The notes below the pieces were generated by a model. The model saw nothing but the letters and a program-made list of their open reading frames with translations, searched no databases and was not told where the DNA came from. From Candidatus Saccharimonadota bacterium (lineage in GTDB: Bacteria > Patescibacteriota > Saccharimonadia > Saccharimonadales > Saccharimonadaceae): DNA of 64,000 nucleotides. A program made the translations under genes and the position numbers. The DNA lies in assembly GCA_963926585.1 (NCBI GenBank), contig CAWUXT010000001.1, forward strand, positions 121,102 to 185,101, written 5' to 3'. This document shows, one piece after another, positions 28,774-39,540 of the stretch. Positions within the stretch are counted from its first letter, which is position 1; each line of letters opens with the position of its first letter.

Positions 28774-29343
28774 TTGGAGGACACCATGGGACGTTTGGTG
28801 GACAAGCAGATCCGTGCCAAGTGCAGGGATGCGTCATCGCCACTCATCAGCCCGTTCAACGAGACGTACCTGCAACCGTGTTCGTACGATGTCTGCCTGG
28901 ACCGGGACTATTTGGTCGAGGAGAAGGTCAGTTTCAAAGATCAGCCGTGCCAGCTGGGCAACAAACCTTGGCACGAACGCCATGTCGAACACTGGGGTGG
29001 CCCGATTATCATCCAGCCCGGCCAATTCATTCTGGCCAGCACCGTTGAGACGTTCTGCATTCCGATGATGCTCAGCGCCCAGGTCAGCGGCAAGAGCTCG
29101 TGGGGTCGTATGGGCATTATGGTCCACGTTACTGCTGGATTTATCGACCCTGGCTTTAGCGGTAAAATCACGCTGGAAATCGTCAACATGGGGCACGCCG
29201 CCGTAGCTCTACCAACTGGCAAACCGATTGCCCAGATTACCTTTGACGAGCTATCACAACTGCCCGCCAACCGCTACGGCAACACCACCGTACTTGGCAG
29301 TCACTACCAGGGTCAGGACAGCCCGACACCAGCACGAGCCTAA
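28774..29343 (+). CDS. dcd: dCTP deaminase
   Basis: LQPCSYDV, IQPGQFILAST, GKSSWGRMG, AGFIDPGFSGKITLEI, IAQITF. Confidence 0.92.
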   Translation: MEDTMGRLVDKQIRAKCRDASSPLISPFNETYLQPCSYDVCLDRDYLVEEKVSFKDQPCQLGNKPWHERHVEHWGGPIIIQPGQFILASTVETFCIPMMLSAQVSGKSSWGRMGIMVHVTAGFIDPGFSGKITLEIVNMGHAAVALPTGKPIAQITFDELSQLPANRYGNTTVLGSHYQGQDSPTPARA

Positions 29344-29380
29344 AACGCATCGGAACCAGAAAAGGAGGGTAGCATTAAGC

Positions 29381-29410
29381 GAGGCTGTTCGTAGGCGAGC
29401 AGCCTCTTTT
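29381..29410 (+). terminator. Intrinsic terminator after dcd
   Basis: GAGGCTGTTCG-tagg-CGAGCAGCCTC-TTTT. Confidence 0.75.
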
Positions 29411-29456
29411 CTTATCCTTACGCCTGTTTACATCTTTATGCTTTTATGCTCACTGG

Positions 29457-30209
29457 CTATTTAGGCCAGCCACTCAGCTTTTCCTTCGGCGGTGGGCACG
29501 GCCCATCCTCCTCGCAAACACCACCGATGTCAAAGTAGGGACGGGGTAGATTAAACACCTTGGATGGTGGATTACCTGTCACAAACATTACCTGAATAGT
29601 CATATAAACAACAAACAAAATGGCCGTTAGCGCATTTAGCAATTTGTGCGCCTTACGATCAAACCAGTTAATAAAGTTATTCACAATCGGGAAAGCCCAA
29701 TAGACACCCGGCACAGATGCCACGCCAAAGGCCAGACAATTCTTTAGGCAGACAAAGCCAAACAGGTTAAATGGCTGGTCGCTATAATCCCAAAACACAT
29801 TGGTGTGATCTGGCGTCACCGCCACAATTGCCGCAGCACAAATAAACTCGACAATACCGCCTAAGAAGCAGCTAATAACAAACACGGTTAGGGCGCTAGC
29901 CTTGTTATTTTTAACTAGTGGATACACCACCCAGATTAGCGCCAGGGCACCAAAGCCATACGGCGCCGCCACAACAAACAGCGGCAGGACATTCGTCGGC
30001 GGTTGGCCAACAAGTAACGGCAGGTTGACCCAGATTAGCTCTAGGATATGTCCAACTAACGAAAAAATCCAATAGATTAGGAAAGCGTTGCGCCAGAATT
30101 TCAGGCTGCGCCAATTATTGTCATAGTCGGTAGCAATCGGTCGAATTAGACGTGGTCGCACCTTGCCGGTAGTTGTAACAACCTTGTCGCTGGCGGGTTT
30201 CAATTCCAT
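29457..30209 (-). CDS. Putative ABC-transporter permease, CmpB/PF06541-like
   Basis: FSLVGHILE, PYGFGAL, GGIVEF, FWDYSDQPFNLFGFVCL. Confidence 0.75.
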   Translation of the reverse strand: MELKPASDKVVTTTGKVRPRLIRPIATDYDNNWRSLKFWRNAFLIYWIFSLVGHILELIWVNLPLLVGQPPTNVLPLFVVAAPYGFGALALIWVVYPLVKNNKASALTVFVISCFLGGIVEFICAAAIVAVTPDHTNVFWDYSDQPFNLFGFVCLKNCLAFGVASVPGVYWAFPIVNNFINWFDRKAHKLLNALTAILFVVYMTIQVMFVTGNPPSKVFNLPRPYFDIGGVCEEDGPCPPPKEKLSGWPK

Positions 30210-30216
30210 AACATAC

Positions 30217-30624
30217 CTATTTTAGCATGGCCTGAAGAGCCCGATAGATTTCCTTATCAAGAGGGTAGAGTGTCTGAGTTCGGTTCTCTAACCGATAGTA
30301 GTAGCCAATATAGCAACCCTCTAAAACTGTCAGAATTGCCACCAATGCAACCAACAACCAAGTCACTAGGTCAAACGTATAGCCGGTCGCTAGTAGCCAG
30401 CCGAACAACACCGCCCACGCCGCCAACATAATTACGCCAAAGATGATGGTAACATATAGGTGAATCTGGCGTTCGTGCTGAAAGTTCCACGTTTGCTGCG
30501 CATGATAGCGAGCCAGCGCCCGTAGGTCGTCATATTTGCCTTCGGAATTATCGTACTTATCCTTAGTCAGGCGTTTCAGCTCGGCACGGACAAAATCCCG
30601 ATGCTTTAGAATTTCTTTATCCAT
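30217..30624 (-). CDS. Hypothetical two-TM membrane protein
   Basis: FQHERQIHLYVT then two TM helices; start moved to ATG 30624 (TATAAT 6 nt upstream). Confidence 0.7.
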   Translation of the reverse strand: MDKEILKHRDFVRAELKRLTKDKYDNSEGKYDDLRALARYHAQQTWNFQHERQIHLYVTIIFGVIMLAAWAVLFGWLLATGYTFDLVTWLLVALVAILTVLEGCYIGYYYRLENRTQTLYPLDKEIYRALQAMLK

Positions 30625-30689
30625 AAGCAGATTATACCACTTTTCAGTTAGCCCTTGACTTTTTATCATACCTTGCATAACATAGTAGT

Positions 30690-31043
30690 ATGGAAAACCC
30701 CGATGAGTTTGCTAAGAATTACAGTAGCCAAATGGCTACACAGATGCGCAAGGGGCTGCTAGGATACTTTATTTTACTAATTGCTCGCGAGCCAGTCTAT
30801 GCCAGCGACATTATCCGACGACTAGATGCCGCCGGAGTACGCGTAGTAGAGGGGACCATCTATCCGCTACTATCGCGTTTGCACCGGGATGGGCTACTGG
30901 CGCACCAATGGCAAGAATCGCCCAGTGGACCGCCGCGCAAATATTACCATTTGACCGACCGCGGACACGCCGTTGTCGACAACCTGCATGACGAAGTTGC
31001 CAGCCTAAACGCCGCTACTAATATTTTGAAAGGAGAGAATTAG
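30690..31043 (+). CDS. PadR family transcriptional regulator
   Basis: QMRKGLLGYFILL, YASDII, EGTIYPLLSRL, ESPSGPPRKYYHLT. Confidence 0.93.
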   Translation: MENPDEFAKNYSSQMATQMRKGLLGYFILLIAREPVYASDIIRRLDAAGVRVVEGTIYPLLSRLHRDGLLAHQWQESPSGPPRKYYHLTDRGHAVVDNLHDEVASLNAATNILKGEN

Positions 31044-32132
31044 ATGAACGAAGTCACTCGCATCCGCCTAGGCCGGATTGCCTATGACATTGATATCAAT
31101 GCTAAAAAGGAGCTAGAGAAGTATAGTCGAGCTATCCGCAAATCTCTAGGCCAGGATAGCGACGTCTATGACGATATCGAGATTCGCATGACTGAAATTC
31201 TGGCCGACCAAGGTGTCCAAGCGGGCGAAGTCATCACCATGGACGAAGTACTGGCCATCGAAAGCCAGCTAGGTCAACCCGGCGACTTCGCTAGTGACAG
31301 TGGTAATAATGACACCGAAGCCAGCGCCGACCATAGCGACAATAATGAAAATGAACCACGTGCAAAAGCAACTAAGAAGTATTACCGCGATGTTGACCAT
31401 GCCTTAGCGGGTGGCGTCCTTGCCGGTCTATCTGCTTACACTGGCATTGACGTCACTATACTGCGGTTAATCTTTGTCGGATTGTGCTTTATTAGCTTTG
31501 GCACCTTCTTCTTAGTCTATATCATTATGTGGATGGTCGCGCCGCCGGCACTAACTGTCGGCGAAAAGTTGGAAATGCGTGGCGAGCCGGTTGACTTAGC
31601 CTCAATTATCGAGGAAAGCTCAGCCCGCCTAGGCGACGAAATAGGTCGAGCGGGACGCAATGCCAAGGAGTACGTCCAAGGTTTAAAAGTCGATAGCCCC
31701 ACCACGACTAACAATTCGATTGGTGTGCGCATCGCACGGATTTTGTCGGGCCTGGCTGGGGCACTGCTACTACTATTTACTGTTTTCGCCTCGTACGTTG
31801 GGCTGGTCGTTTGTGTAATTGCTATCCTATCCAGCATCAGTGTCCAGGGCGGTTTAGTACCAACCGTCATATCTGTCATGACATTGCTATGCGGTATTTC
31901 ATTCGCCGTCTGTTTAGCGACCGTCGGCCTGTGTCTGCTACTGTTCCGCTATAGTAAGAGGGCAGGGGTAGTTATCATCACCAGCTTTGCCATCAGCGCC
32001 GCCCTGTTCGTCATTATCACGCTAACGGGAATTAGTTGGGCTGGCTTTAACGATCATGGTACCGTCACCAACACCGCCCAAGAAATCGTCACCAATGCTC
32101 GCGAAAGATTTGGCAGTACTAACTTTTTCTAG
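31044..32132 (+). CDS. PspC-domain membrane protein
   Basis: KKYYRDVDHALAGGVLAGLSAYTGIDVTILRLIF..YIIMWMVAP. Confidence 0.88.
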   Translation: MNEVTRIRLGRIAYDIDINAKKELEKYSRAIRKSLGQDSDVYDDIEIRMTEILADQGVQAGEVITMDEVLAIESQLGQPGDFASDSGNNDTEASADHSDNNENEPRAKATKKYYRDVDHALAGGVLAGLSAYTGIDVTILRLIFVGLCFISFGTFFLVYIIMWMVAPPALTVGEKLEMRGEPVDLASIIEESSARLGDEIGRAGRNAKEYVQGLKVDSPTTTNNSIGVRIARILSGLAGALLLLFTVFASYVGLVVCVIAILSSISVQGGLVPTVISVMTLLCGISFAVCLATVGLCLLLFRYSKRAGVVIITSFAISAALFVIITLTGISWAGFNDHGTVTNTAQEIVTNARERFGSTNFF

Positions 32133-32376
32133 GTCGTCAGAGTAGCGAACTAATACACCTCTTGCATTGGCTAGATTAGGATTGTTAGAATACCCCATAG
32201 TAGGCTTCTCCTTTCTTGTTAATGTTTTTGCAATAACTACAAGTCTAGAAGCCTACATTTTGTTTGTCTACATTATGTTCATAGTTTTGTCACATAGGTG
32301 GTGGAGTATTACACCCCCCACCCACGCGGTGGGGTCGTTTACATTTTCTGCATCGTGCTTATGTTATACTGAATAC

Positions 32377-33966
32377 ATGGATAATGACATTCGCCCCGGC
32401 GCTAGGCACAACGCCACGCCAGCAACGGGCTACAGCCCGTTTAATAACCCGTTAGCTAACCATAATACAGCCAGCCCTCAACCCACTGCGGGCATGACAC
32501 CGCCAGCCGTCGGCACACCACTGCCGAATACAGCCGAGCAACCGACAGTGACTACACCAACCACCAGTCCAGCCAGCACACCAGCTTCACCGTTTGCTGG
32601 CCTAGGTAGTACGGCAACTCCTGGTGCAGCCCCGGCTGCTCATCAGTTTGGCAACACGACAACTAGCCCAATTAATTCTGCCGATCCCGCCCAGGCAAAC
32701 AATTTGGGCGAGCCAGCCGCAACTAACGCATTTGCTAGTGAGCCAGCCTCAACCACGGCACCGTCCACACCTACACCATCGATGACTTTTGGCAGTGCCG
32801 CACCAAATGGCACCACGCCACCAATGACAGCTAAGAAGAAATCGCCGCTGAAGTGGATTTTGATTATTGGCATACCAGTTATCATCCTGATTGGTGTACT
32901 AGTGTGGTACTTAGCAGTCTTTAACAATAAGTACAACATCGTTCGCAGCGCCCTGTACAGCATGATGGGGCAGCGCGACAACAGCTTGGCATATGATTTG
33001 GCTGTCAGCGCTGACGGCACCAATCTAGGACTAGCCGGCACTATGAAGTACTTAGCCGATAGCACAGCCAGCGGCGACATCTCTATCAACATGACCAGTA
33101 GCGACGCCAGCATTGATGTCGGGCAGATTTCCTTTGCTAGCAATAGCGACAATCTATATCTAAAGCTAAGCCCATCCGAAGCTCTGACCCAATTTGGTAT
33201 TGACCTGTCCAGCACTGGCCTAACCGACCAATGGATTGAAATTAGCGCCGACGACCTAGAATCCTCTAGTATGACTAGCAGCTCAAGCAGTGCCGACGTT
33301 GACAGTGTGATGCAGTGTTACCAAAGCGCCGGCGACCTGATGAACGACCGTGCCAACCAGCAACAAATTGTTGATGCATTGCTAGATACCGACTTCTTAG
33401 TCATAGGTAGCAGCGGCAAAGATGATCACGGCACCTTTTATGAAATCAGCCTGAATGGCGCTAACTTCGCCGCCTTTTACCATCGACTAATTGACAGTAA
33501 CGCCGTACAATCCGTTACGTCCTGCCTAGCCGACAAGGGCTTTGACGTCGACACCGACCTGAGCGACGATGAGCTTGCCGATACTGGTGATGAAATTGAT
33601 AAGATCAATCCGACCATCAAGTTCTGGATTCAAGGTACCTTCACTCGCCAGTTAACCCGAGTCCAAGTCGACATGAACGTTGCCTCGACCAGCGATGATG
33701 CGTCAATTAGTCTGACCATTGACCTTGATAATCAAACGCCAACTATCGAAATGCCAACCGACACAATGACGCTACAGGAAATTGTCGAGCAGAACCCAGC
33801 TGGCTTCATGCAGCTATTCATGAATATCAGTGGCGCCACGACGGGAACTGGCAGCTTAACCAGCGGTGGCAATGGTGCATATTATGACCCATCGCAACCA
33901 TGGCTAGACAGCGGCACGTCAACTACCACCTCGGGGCTAGAATCGATTCAAACACGAGTATATTAG
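32377..33966 (+). CDS. Membrane-anchored protein with Pro/Thr-rich N-terminus
   Basis: PT-rich region, KKKSPLKWILIIG TM helix, large periplasmic/extracellular domain; start moved to ATG 32377 (TGtTATACT 6 nt upstream). Confidence 0.75.
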   Translation: MDNDIRPGARHNATPATGYSPFNNPLANHNTASPQPTAGMTPPAVGTPLPNTAEQPTVTTPTTSPASTPASPFAGLGSTATPGAAPAAHQFGNTTTSPINSADPAQANNLGEPAATNAFASEPASTTAPSTPTPSMTFGSAAPNGTTPPMTAKKKSPLKWILIIGIPVIILIGVLVWYLAVFNNKYNIVRSALYSMMGQRDNSLAYDLAVSADGTNLGLAGTMKYLADSTASGDISINMTSSDASIDVGQISFASNSDNLYLKLSPSEALTQFGIDLSSTGLTDQWIEISADDLESSSMTSSSSSADVDSVMQCYQSAGDLMNDRANQQQIVDALLDTDFLVIGSSGKDDHGTFYEISLNGANFAAFYHRLIDSNAVQSVTSCLADKGFDVDTDLSDDELADTGDEIDKINPTIKFWIQGTFTRQLTRVQVDMNVASTSDDASISLTIDLDNQTPTIEMPTDTMTLQEIVEQNPAGFMQLFMNISGATTGTGSLTSGGNGAYYDPSQPWLDSGTSTTTSGLESIQTRVY

Positions 33967-34044
33967 TTTGATCTGGCCGATTTTACAACAGTAGCCCATC
34001 TATAGTATATGATTGGGCTACTGTTTGTTATATACTCATAGCGT

Positions 34045-34878
34045 ATGAAAAAATCTAACCACGGAATAGGGAAGGGGGTAGCCGTGTCGCCCAGGTCATC
34101 TTCAGCTGATCCAGTCGTCGACATCCAGCACTTCCGCATGTCCTTTGGTGGCAAAGTTGTCGTCAAGGACCTATCCTTTACTGTCCAACGCGGTGAAATC
34201 TTTGGCTTTCTAGGCAGTAATGGTAGCGGTAAAACTACCACTTTGCGCGCCTTGTTGGGCATTTACCAACCAACCAGTGGTAAGCTGTTAATCAATGGCA
34301 AACCGTTCAGTGTTGACCGAGGTCTAAATATAGGCTACCTGCCGGAGGAGCGAGGGTTATATAAAAAAGAGCCGGTTATTGATGTCATGACCTATTTTGG
34401 CCAGCTAAAGGGTATGAGTCGTCAGAACGCCCAGCAATTTTCGCTTGACTACCTGCGTCGAGTGGGACTAAATGACTACGCCCACACTAAAGTTGACAAG
34501 CTCAGCGGTGGCCAGCAACAGAAGGTTCAGCTAGGTATTGCCATCATGAATCAGCCTGAGCTACTAATTCTGGATGAGCCGACCAAGGGCTTTGATCCGG
34601 TCAACCGTCGCTTACTAATGGACATGATCTTCAGTCTGCACAAAAAAGGTGCCACCGTTATTATGGTAAGCCACCAGATGGACGAAGTAGAGAAGATTTG
34701 CGACCGCATTTTACTACTAAAGGATGGTATTGCCCAGGAATACGGAACCGTTGCCAGCATTAAGAAAAAGCATGGCGGCGCTAGCATCGACGACATCTTT
34801 GTTGAAATATATGGCCAGCCGGACGAATCGGGCATTGAACGGCTAATTGATTTCAATGGGGAGGAGCATCATGAGTAA
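34045..34878 (+). CDS. ABC transporter ATP-binding protein
   Basis: GSNGSGKTT, LSGGQQQKVQ, LILDEPTKGFDP. Confidence 0.93.
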   Translation: MKKSNHGIGKGVAVSPRSSSADPVVDIQHFRMSFGGKVVVKDLSFTVQRGEIFGFLGSNGSGKTTTLRALLGIYQPTSGKLLINGKPFSVDRGLNIGYLPEERGLYKKEPVIDVMTYFGQLKGMSRQNAQQFSLDYLRRVGLNDYAHTKVDKLSGGQQQKVQLGIAIMNQPELLILDEPTKGFDPVNRRLLMDMIFSLHKKGATVIMVSHQMDEVEKICDRILLLKDGIAQEYGTVASIKKKHGGASIDDIFVEIYGQPDESGIERLIDFNGEEHHE

Positions 34879-36121
34879 ATTACATCCCGCCAATAATAGC
34901 AGTCGCCGTCGCTTCCTAGGACACAACTTTGGCATTGTCTATCGTTTTGAGGTAGTGCGCATGCTTAAAAAGCCCAGCTTCTGGATTAGCATATTAGCCT
35001 TTCCGGCATTGATGGCGTTGATATTCGGCATTTCCTTTATAGCTAGCAAATCAACCATTGATAATGCCGAGGAGGAGTTGCAGAACAATCAGTTGGCTGT
35101 CACTATTACAGACGATAGTGGACTAGTGGACGAGCAAACGTTATCGCAAATGGGCGTATCGTCCACTAGCGACAAGCAAACCGCTATTGACCAGGTTAAG
35201 AGTGGAAAGATTGACGCCTATTTCTATTACCCGTCCGACTTGGTTAACGGCAAGATTGAGGTATACGGCAAAAATATCAGCCTATTCGAAAATAGCAAAT
35301 ATTCCGCCCTGGCAACCTCTATCTTGACCAATAGCGCACAATCAGAAACTGACCCCAACCTAGCGGCCATACTATCCGATCAGCTTAGAAGCGACAGCCA
35401 TTTTTACGAAACAAATGGGGATGAGGCCAACTTGATCGGCGACATGATTATCCCAGCCGTATTCCTAGTACTGTTTTATCTAATCATCTGTATCTTTAGT
35501 AGCCAAATGCTAACAGCCACGGTTGAGGAGAAAGAAAACCGCATAACTGAGATGCTCCTAACCACTATCAGCTCGCGGACGCTGATCACTGGCAAAATAT
35601 TTGCCTTTATCACGCTGGTTCTGTTGCAAGCACTGATTATCATTGGGCTAGTGTTAGGTGGATACATAGTCGCCGCTAGGTTTATCGACCTGCCAAGCAT
35701 CGACCTGTCGATTATTACTATTGACCCAGTGCGTATTGCCATTGCAGTTGCGCTATTTGTCGTATCAATTCTAATGTATAGCGGCATTATGGTAGCTATC
35801 GGCGCAGCCACCCCGACGGCCAAGGAGGCCAATTCGTTCATGTCGGTACCAATTTTACTGATGTTTGCACCACTATACATATTCAGCACGGTCATATCCG
35901 AACCAGACGCGCCAGTGGTTGTAGCGTTAATGTTCTTCCCGTTGACAGCACCAGTATTACTAATGGTTCTCAATGCCCTAGGCACTCTGTCAATTGCCAA
36001 CGCCGTTATTGGACTGGGCATCATGGTTATAACGACCATAGTGATATTCATCATTGCCGCCCGACTGTTCCAAACCGGCGCTATCGAGTACCACAAACGG
36101 ATTCGGTTATTCGGTAAGTAA
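34871..36121 (+). CDS. ABC-2 type transporter permease (NatB-like)
   Basis: EEKENRITEMLLTTIS..LITGKI; multiple TM helices; ATG at 34871 overlaps the upstream stop. Confidence 0.85.
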   Translation: MSKLHPANNSSRRRFLGHNFGIVYRFEVVRMLKKPSFWISILAFPALMALIFGISFIASKSTIDNAEEELQNNQLAVTITDDSGLVDEQTLSQMGVSSTSDKQTAIDQVKSGKIDAYFYYPSDLVNGKIEVYGKNISLFENSKYSALATSILTNSAQSETDPNLAAILSDQLRSDSHFYETNGDEANLIGDMIIPAVFLVLFYLIICIFSSQMLTATVEEKENRITEMLLTTISSRTLITGKIFAFITLVLLQALIIIGLVLGGYIVAARFIDLPSIDLSIITIDPVRIAIAVALFVVSILMYSGIMVAIGAATPTAKEANSFMSVPILLMFAPLYIFSTVISEPDAPVVVALMFFPLTAPVLLMVLNALGTLSIANAVIGLGIMVITTIVIFIIAARLFQTGAIEYHKRIRLFGK

Positions 36122-36147
36122 ATCTCAGGCCGACTTATCCAGATTAA

Positions 36148-36177
36148 AGCCCCTTCCGTCTAGTAGCGGAAGGGGCT
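36148..36177. terminator. Terminator between convergent genes
   Basis: AGCCCCTTCCG-N8-CGGAAGGGGCT. Confidence 0.75.
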
Positions 36178-36213
36178 GTACTTGGTTAGGAGGGAAGAGC
36201 TGCGGCTCGACTA

Positions 36214-36717
36214 TTACAATGCAAGCGGCCTCTTGGTCCGATAGCGAATATAGTTGTATACGCTAACCGTGCCATCATAGAACTCCGGCACATACGTGAG
36301 GTTAAAGTCATCGATGACTTGTTCGACATCGTCCTGCAACAGCGAGCGCCAAATACCAGTGCTCAGTTCCGGCTCGGGCAAGCATGGCGGATACATCCGC
36401 AGCTTTAGGCCCTGTTCAGTCAACTTGATATCAAAACCACTGCCAGCCGTCCAATGCTGCAGAATGAGCGCCATCGTCCGATTGGGCGCTCCCGCATCCT
36501 TTAGCTCGTGCAGATGCCATAGGTATAACCTCAGCCTCTCGCAGTAATTATCCGCTAGCGACAGACCGTTCTTGCCCCGCACCTCGTCAAAGTTATGCAG
36601 CACAATGTTAACCGCTAGCCGCTTCATGCCACCCCAAACGTGGACGGATACTTCCGGACCAGGATGCAACTGAGTACTCATCTTTTCCTCCCTAGGTACA
36701 ACTGTAGACAGTTGCAC
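36214..36717 (-). CDS. Hypothetical protein
   Basis: 167-aa ORF with GGGAGGAAAAG SD before MSTQ; no family recognised. Confidence 0.6.
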   Translation of the reverse strand: MQLSTVVPREEKMSTQLHPGPEVSVHVWGGMKRLAVNIVLHNFDEVRGKNGLSLADNYCERLRLYLWHLHELKDAGAPNRTMALILQHWTAGSGFDIKLTEQGLKLRMYPPCLPEPELSTGIWRSLLQDDVEQVIDDFNLTYVPEFYDGTVSVYNYIRYRTKRPLAL

Positions 36718-36756
36718 TAATTATACACCCTTAGCCGCACTTATTAAGGTGTGGTG

Positions 36757-37551
36757 CTAATCAGTTGTGCGATGAATCACTAGCTGACCGTCAGCGTCTT
36801 TGCTGAGCATAAACTCATCACCATCACGTGGCACCGTTATTTCATCCGGGCGCTCACTCGTCAGATACTGCCGCGCCGCTTGGCCCATATGCGTTGCAAT
36901 AACCGGCTTGTGGTACTCATTTACCAAACTAATGACGTCATGAACACTCATATGTGGCCGACTTGGCTCAACACTAGTGGTGTCCAGCAAGGCAATATCT
37001 GATGCCCGAATGATAGCTTCGACGCCGTCGCACAGATGGCAATCCCCGGAAAAGCCCAGTCGGATATCATCGTGCTGAATTACATAGCCATTGGCTGAAA
37101 TTTGCGGGTGATGCTGCACCTCATACGAGGTCACTAGATAGTCCGGTGATACCTCAGCATCATTCAGCGAGTCGAACTCACTAAACTCAACCTTGGCCGC
37201 CGTCATAAACTCTGGCACATTAACCTCGGGATGAAACAAGTTAAATATCTGGTAAATTTTGTCCGCTAGACCGCGTCGACAATAGATGTGTAGCGGTTGC
37301 AGTTTCACTTGGTCGGCAATGCCTTGACGATCGATTATCAGGAAGGGGATATCCAGCGTATGGTCGCCATGGCAATGTGTAATCAGCACTGCGTCAATTT
37401 GCGCTATGTTAACGCCCTGTTGCAACAGCGTTTTAACCGCGCCATTGCCACAATCAACTAGGATATGGCCATCAATCAGCGTACAAGCGCTCCGGTCCGC
37501 CACATAGATATTACCCGTTCCAATAGTTTTAATTTTCATAAACCCTCCCAT
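36757..37551 (-). CDS. MBL-fold metallo-hydrolase, RNase Z-like
   Basis: ILVDCG, THCHGDH, GFSGD, H motifs. Confidence 0.88.
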   Translation of the reverse strand: MGGFMKIKTIGTGNIYVADRSACTLIDGHILVDCGNGAVKTLLQQGVNIAQIDAVLITHCHGDHTLDIPFLIIDRQGIADQVKLQPLHIYCRRGLADKIYQIFNLFHPEVNVPEFMTAAKVEFSEFDSLNDAEVSPDYLVTSYEVQHHPQISANGYVIQHDDIRLGFSGDCHLCDGVEAIIRASDIALLDTTSVEPSRPHMSVHDVISLVNEYHKPVIATHMGQAARQYLTSERPDEITVPRDGDEFMLSKDADGQLVIHRTTD

Positions 37552-37685
37552 CGTAATGTTTACTAACGTCTTAGAGCAAAGAATACCATATTCGTATTAA
37601 ATATGACAGAGTAGCTGCCGATTGGCTCTATGTTAGAATATACGCAGTCCCGCCCAGAGCGGGAAGCCCCTACGAGAGGAGAAAT

Positions 37686-38711
37686 ATGTTAGGGTTAGTC
37701 ATACTGGTCATCTTTGCGGTCGTCTGTATCAGCTGCATAGTCACTAGTCTAGTGCTGGGCCATAATATACACCAAGCCCAAGAAGCCTTAGCCAAGAACG
37801 ATATGGACTGGGGCGATAGGCACCGCACTGAGGACGCACTCAAGGAGTGTACCTCCGGACGTCGTACGATCAACTGGGTAATTGTTGGCACGGCAGTGTG
37901 CACGTTGGTAGCAGCCGGCCTGAACTGCATCTACAGCCAGGATGCCGGCGACGTCGTCGTCCTACGTAGTATCAGCGGAGCAGTCGATGGCATGTCCAAG
38001 GACGCCGGTTTTCACTTTAAGGCGCCATGGCAAGAGACCGTCGTCTACGATCAACGCAACAACGTGATTAGCTTCATTGCCGACGGCGAAGAGGACTACA
38101 CTGGCGGCTCCGCTAACGGCCCACAGGTCACAGTTAACGATGCCGGCGGCGCCTCGGCCGACGTAGACATTCAGGTCAACTATTCACTGAACCCCGATTA
38201 CGCCATGGACTTGTATCGCGACTATGGCTCACAGGAAACCTTTGTGCGCTCAGTCGTAGCCGTTGACGTGCGGACCATCCCGCGACAGGAGTCCGGCGCT
38301 TTCGACACACTGACCATGCTGAACAACCGCGGTGAATTCGCCAAGGCCGTCGAGGAGGCTCTGACCACCAAATGGGCCGACATGGGCCTGATTATTGAGC
38401 AGGTCAGCATCCAGGACGTGCGTTACGACTCGGCCATCGAGGAAAAGTACAACCAGGCTCAGGAGGCCGAGGTTGCCAAGCAGCAGGCTCTGAACGAGCA
38501 GGAAACCGCCAAGGTTCAGGCTGAGACCCAGCGCATTGAGGCGCAGGGCGAGGCCGATGCCAACTCCATTCTACAGCAGTCGCTGACCGACGAGGTACTT
38601 ATGCAGCACTACATTGATAAACTGGGTGAGTCCGAGTTTATCGTCGTGCCACAGGGCGACAACCTGATGCTCGACCTCGGTAGCCAGCTAGGACAGGGTC
38701 AGGACCAGTAG
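37686..38711 (+). CDS. SPFH/prohibitin family membrane protein
   Basis: TM helices, GFHFKAPWQ, DVDIQVNY, IIEQVSIQD, coiled coil EAEVAKQQA..RIEAQGEADAN. Confidence 0.88.
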   Translation: MLGLVILVIFAVVCISCIVTSLVLGHNIHQAQEALAKNDMDWGDRHRTEDALKECTSGRRTINWVIVGTAVCTLVAAGLNCIYSQDAGDVVVLRSISGAVDGMSKDAGFHFKAPWQETVVYDQRNNVISFIADGEEDYTGGSANGPQVTVNDAGGASADVDIQVNYSLNPDYAMDLYRDYGSQETFVRSVVAVDVRTIPRQESGAFDTLTMLNNRGEFAKAVEEALTTKWADMGLIIEQVSIQDVRYDSAIEEKYNQAQEAEVAKQQALNEQETAKVQAETQRIEAQGEADANSILQQSLTDEVLMQHYIDKLGESEFIVVPQGDNLMLDLGSQLGQGQDQ

Positions 38712-38755
38712 TCGGGCTAAGTCCGCTAATCATCCATTAACTTGGTAGGGAGGTA

Positions 38756-38782
38756 GTGGGGCATCCAAGGATGCCCCACTTT
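38756..38782 (+). terminator. Intrinsic terminator
   Basis: GTGGGGCATCC-aa-GGATGCCCCAC-TTT. Confidence 0.75.
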
Positions 38783-38865
38783 ACATTGTCTGGTGTAGGT
38801 CGTCATCGACAAGATACTAGTAATCTACCGGCCCGCATTTGCAGCGTGGGTAGTATAATATAAGC

Positions 38866-39120
38866 ATGAACAGCAGCTCCGACACGAATAATGCGAATAC
38901 AGTGCACGAGACCGCTCCTATATATCTAACGACACCGCTCAATACAACAACTGCAGCACACCGATTTGATCAACACTCTACAGAGCAGCGCGATTCCACA
39001 CACCTGAGCAAGTCCGAGGTAGAACACGCTTTGTCTTCGTTGGCAGAGTATCGAAACAACCCGAAATCAGCTCTACTTCACACAGAGTTCAAAAAGTGGT
39101 TTAGACAATCAAGGGCATAG
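38866..39120 (+). CDS. Probable antitoxin of a RelE/ParE-type module
   Basis: Small ORF directly upstream of a RelE-like gene; C-terminal EVEHALSSLAEY..EFKKWF. Confidence 0.5.
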   Translation: MNSSSDTNNANTVHETAPIYLTTPLNTTTAAHRFDQHSTEQRDSTHLSKSEVEHALSSLAEYRNNPKSALLHTEFKKWFRQSRA

Positions 39121-39127
39121 TCTCACC

Positions 39128-39433
39128 ATGCTAGAGTTAATCGTCACTAAGCAATTTCGGCGTGACTTAATTAGGGAGCATGATGTAATTAGCAATTAAC
39201 AGCCATACGTTAATCCAAATGCGGCAAGGCGTCTGTTCAAGCATGTGGATACTACCATTGACCAGATAAGGTACTTTCCATATGTCAGTCAGGTCGCTTA
39301 CAGCGACAGCGCTCACCAGCTACGCTGTCGGAGAGTTAGCGGCACAAATTTTAGAATTATTTATACTATTGTTGGCAATGAAATAATCATTCTTTCATTA
39401 ATCGGAAAAGGCTACGATTTCTCTAGGCAATAA
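39128..39433 (+). pseudogene. RelE/ParE-family toxin gene with in-frame TAA at 39197-39199
   Basis: MLELIVTKQFRRDL..*..AARRLF..IDQIRYFP..RRVSGTNFRIIYTI all in one frame. Confidence 0.7.
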
Positions 39434-39540
39434 GAAATATTTCACGGCCTAGTACATCTTAATGACCGTAAAGAGAGCGTAGCACTAGGCTTTTTAGCAC
39501 AATTAGCGCCTGCAGTGTCTACCGATGCTACAATATCACT

